A stretch of DNA of 64,000 bases, taken from assembly GCA_026416125.1 (NCBI GenBank), contig JAOAFT010000004.1, forward strand, positions 70,448 to 134,447. The letters are read 5' to 3'. The stretch comes from Bacteroidota bacterium. Its GTDB lineage: Bacteria > Bacteroidota > Ignavibacteria > UBA10030. The notes under the pieces were generated by a model. It saw only the letters and a program-made list of their open reading frames with translations, was not told the origin of the DNA and did no database searches. Below, in pieces: positions 61,261-64,000 of the stretch. A program made the translations under genes and the position numbers. How positions within the stretch are numbered: the stretch's first letter is position 1; every line of letters begins with the position of its first letter.

Positions 61261-61434
61261 AATTGTTAGTAATACTAGTTTACCCCTTAATTTATCGTGT
61301 TGATGTACTGTTATGCCTCTTCAGTAGATATCATTAAATTAGTAGCATTTTTCAATCATCTATTGTTGATCATATTGTTGGGCTATGTTGGTAGGTTTGT
61401 TGAAACGAGTCGACGAGTGAAAGAAAATATTTAG

Positions 61435-62706
61435 TTACGTCTTCTGCTGTTTCTTCTTAGCTGCGGGGAAGAGAATGTTGTTGAGAATGAGGCGGTACCC
61501 AGGGGAATTCTTATGAAGTTTAAGATCAGTTGGGGGGTCACCAACGGCGTGTTGGTAATCTTCTGGATCGTGTCCACCGTACCATGTGAATGTACCACGT
61601 CCATAGTTCCCGTGGATGTAGCGTACCTCTTCTGTCCCTTCGCGCTCTGCAAGAATAGTTACTGTTTTCTTGATGAGTGATTTCCGGAATGCTGTAGTTT
61701 GCCCCATAAATCCGTGGATGATGTTCACGTGATTCTGGGTGAGCATTGTTGGTACGGGATCGTACTTTGCACTGAATTCGAATAACGTGAAGTAGTCTGT
61801 GCTAGGGTCGCGCAGAGGTGTAGGGTCACTTGGAGGTACATCGATGTCGGAATATTCGTACCGAAAAGGATTCGTATCTAGTTTAAAGTTTTCGAAAGCA
61901 AGTGTCTTTGAAAAATCGAGTTTTGCCTGTGCGTTCTGATCAGGAGGATCGCCATCGAACATAATATCACAAATATCAACGTTCTCTGCAGCAAGTGCGA
62001 TATCGTAGCTGTCTGTCGCTGAGCACATTGCAAACATGAAACCACCATTGCCTATGTACTCCTTTATTGCTCGTGCCACTGCTTTCTTTGCTTCAGACAC
62101 TTTCGAAAACCCTAGACGATGTGCTTCTTTCTCATACAACGTCTGTTGTTCAATGTACCATGGAGCATTTCTGTAGTTTGCATAGAATTTTCCGTATTGA
62201 CCGGTGAAATCTTCGTGGTGGAGATGGAGCCAATCATACTCCATGAGTTTACCAGAAAGTACTTCGTGGTCCCATACTTTTGTATAGGGTATTTCTGCAT
62301 ACTCAAGTGCCATCGTTACTGCATCGTCCCATGGTTTGAAGGTTGGCGGTGCGTAGACAGCAATTTTCGGTGCCTTTTCCAGACGAATAGCATCCATGTT
62401 ATTGTCTTCACGTTGAATGTCTGCAGTGAGCGCAGCGGCTTCGGCAGCTGATAGGATTTGAAATGAGACACCTCGAATACGACATTCGGATGCAAGTACT
62501 GAAGAGTAATCTGTGAGAAAAGAACCTCCGCGGTAATTGAGGAGCCACTCAACAATTCCGTTTTTTTCGAGCACCCAGTATGCTATGCCGTAGGCTTTTA
62601 AGTGGTTGGTTTGTGTGAGGTCCATAGGGATGAGAAGCTTTTGTTGAGCACTTGAAATCCACGCTGTTGTAAGGAACATGAGCAATATAGTTACAACTGT
62701 ACGCAT
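61435..62706 (-). CDS. secreted hypothetical protein
   Basis: Signal peptide MRTVVTILLMFLTTAWISSAQQ. 423 aa, intact, and no motif I can assign with confidence. Confidence 0.5.
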   Translation of the reverse strand: MRTVVTILLMFLTTAWISSAQQKLLIPMDLTQTNHLKAYGIAYWVLEKNGIVEWLLNYRGGSFLTDYSSVLASECRIRGVSFQILSAAEAAALTADIQREDNNMDAIRLEKAPKIAVYAPPTFKPWDDAVTMALEYAEIPYTKVWDHEVLSGKLMEYDWLHLHHEDFTGQYGKFYANYRNAPWYIEQQTLYEKEAHRLGFSKVSEAKKAVARAIKEYIGNGGFMFAMCSATDSYDIALAAENVDICDIMFDGDPPDQNAQAKLDFSKTLAFENFKLDTNPFRYEYSDIDVPPSDPTPLRDPSTDYFTLFEFSAKYDPVPTMLTQNHVNIIHGFMGQTTAFRKSLIKKTVTILAEREGTEEVRYIHGNYGRGTFTWYGGHDPEDYQHAVGDPPTDLKLHKNSPGYRLILNNILFPAAKKKQQKT

Positions 62707-62715
62707 AGATCACTG

Positions 62716-63582
62716 TTATGATAAGTGGCGGAGAATAAAAAATCCACCAGCGATAATACAAGCAGCACCAATCAGTTTTTGGAAAAGACGTTCTTCCTTG
62801 AAAAAGGTTCCTCCAATGAACGAAGCATAAAAAATCGATGTACGTTTAACCGCAAGCACAAGGGCAATCGGTGCTCGCTGGGTTGCTTCGAGTTGGAAGG
62901 TACGGTAGGCAAAGGTGAATAATGCTACCGCCAGTATAAAGAAAAAGACACTTGAATATGTTGTAAGAGAAAGACGAGTTTTTCGAATTAGCATAACAAT
63001 TCCAAAAACGATTGTATAAACAACGTGCTGAATAAAGAGGACAACATTAGGATGAGTAGGTGTTTTGACTAAGAGAAAACGATCGGCAACAGAAGAGAGT
63101 GCAAAGAGGAGTATTGCACCGACGATAGCTCCATGTGTATGTGATGTACGGAGCGTAGTGAATAGTGGTGTGTGTGGTCGTTTCTCTACAATGTAGGTCC
63201 CCACCATAATACACCCAATACCGACGAGTTCTTGTCCATTGAGAGTTTCATGGAGGAGTACAAAAGCAATGAGTGCAGTGACTGCAGGTGTTGCCCCAAG
63301 GAGCGGTAGGGCACTACTCAATTCGTTCTGCTCGATGGCAATCATAACGAGTAAGAATGCACAAGCGCCAAGGATACTCTTTAGAATAAGGAGTGCAAGA
63401 GAGGAGAGAGTGAGTGATGACAAAGGATATGCAAATGGTATCCAAACGGAGATCACTGTGATGACGAGTGAAAGAATTAGTGAAAACTCAAGTGCTGGGA
63501 GGGAAAAGAGCACTTTCTTTTGCATCACTGCTGCAGCAGCAGAGAACAGAGCAGAAGCCGTTGCTAACCAAAACCATTCCAT
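62716..63582 (-). CDS. EamA-family (DMT superfamily) transporter
   Basis: Ten predicted TM helices in two halves, typical of EamA. ATGA-type tight spacing to the upstream gene. Confidence 0.75.
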   Translation of the reverse strand: MEWFWLATASALFSAAAAVMQKKVLFSLPALEFSLILSLVITVISVWIPFAYPLSSLTLSSLALLILKSILGACAFLLVMIAIEQNELSSALPLLGATPAVTALIAFVLLHETLNGQELVGIGCIMVGTYIVEKRPHTPLFTTLRTSHTHGAIVGAILLFALSSVADRFLLVKTPTHPNVVLFIQHVVYTIVFGIVMLIRKTRLSLTTYSSVFFFILAVALFTFAYRTFQLEATQRAPIALVLAVKRTSIFYASFIGGTFFKEERLFQKLIGAACIIAGGFFILRHLS

Positions 63583-63590
63583 ACAAATCC

Positions 63591-64000
63591 CTATTGCTCA
63601 ATTGAAAGAGAACACCACACATTTCTACCCGGCTCAAGTTTTACTAATCGGAGTGTAGACAAGTGATGGATGTAGGCTCTGTTGAAGAGGTTTTGAATTC
63701 CACACCGTAGTGTCCATCTAGTCGAGAAAAAGTTAAACACGTTGCTCTTATAGGAGACATGGACAAGAGCGTACCCGGCAGTTCGTGTTTCGCCAGCAGT
63801 ACGCGAAGCTGTATAGTTCTGAGAAGCTACTCCTTCCCATTCAAGTGAGAGAGTACCATACTTTACATCCATGTACTGAGTACTAAGTGTTGCTTTGAGA
63901 GGCGGAATTTGTGGTAAGTTTGTTTTGTGCGTAAAATCTTCGCCACGTGTGTAGCTAACAGTTGATTGGAAGAGTACCGTTGGAACTGGTGTGTACTTTG
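63591..64000 (-). CDS. outer-membrane beta-barrel (TonB-dependent receptor-like) protein, C-terminal fragment; the 5' end lies beyond the window
   Basis: The minus-strand frame is open from the window edge to a stop at 63591. Alternating hydrophobic strands and GIQNLFNRAYIHHLS resemble C-terminal TBDR barrel strands. Confidence 0.45.
   Translation of the reverse strand, partial: KYTPVPTVLFQSTVSYTRGEDFTHKTNLPQIPPLKATLSTQYMDVKYGTLSLEWEGVASQNYTASRTAGETRTAGYALVHVSYKSNVFNFFSTRWTLRCGIQNLFNRAYIHHLSTLRLVKLEPGRNVWCSLSIEQ

Noticed and set aside
1-64000. Search for CRISPR arrays, rRNA and tRNA genes
   Set aside because: No regularly spaced direct repeats of 25-40 nt, no rRNA-like conserved blocks and no tRNA T-loop signatures were seen by eye. 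Absence cannot be proven without tRNAscan/CRT-type tools.

Overview
This is a 64 kb bacterial chromosomal segment of roughly 45% GC. Gene content suggests an FCB-group (Bacteroidota/Chlorobi/Ignavibacteria-like) organism: a bifunctional LpxC/FabZ, tandem Skp/OmpH paralogs after BamA, a TonB-dependent receptor with an N-terminal carboxypeptidase-regulatory-like domain, and many signal-peptide/TPR proteins. Most of the window is core housekeeping. This includes the murA 3' end, nadE, a macAB-like efflux operon, ferritin, nth, a Lon-like protease, two peroxiredoxins, folE, ldh, rsgA, cysE-cysK, the outer-membrane/lipid A cluster uppS-bamA-skp-skp-lpxD-lpxC/fabZ-lpxA, panB, surE and mutS. No tRNA, rRNA or CRISPR array was detected. 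Features that are not ordinary: (1) at 55.2-61.4 kb an intact HerA-like (DUF87) ATPase follows a DUF3109-like protein and a GAF-PP2C phosphatase on the same strand and faces an AT-rich graveyard of decayed defence-type genes (a sacsin-like GHKL ATPase plus DUF3883-like nuclease remnant, and a UvrD-like helicase-nuclease remnant, both with multiple frameshifts); (2) a 970-aa Upf1/DNA2-like SF1 helicase with a long coiled-coil insertion and unassigned N- and C-terminal domains; (3) a strongly AT-rich island at 40.1-41.8 kb carrying a small lipoprotein with a collagen-like G-X-Y stretch; (4) a secreted glycoside-hydrolase-like gene interrupted by a frameshift in an A-run; (5) a response regulator with a C-terminal receiver domain and an N-terminal coiled coil and tandem repeats, next to a secreted TPR protein; (6) a Tat-signal aldo/keto reductase fused to a 2x[4Fe-4S] module; (7) a polytopic membrane protein with an HExxH motif and a TPR-like tail; (8) a Cys-rich/HMA/TonB-receptor trio consistent with metal uptake. 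All calls rest on reading the supplied translations and sequence by eye; no database search was run.
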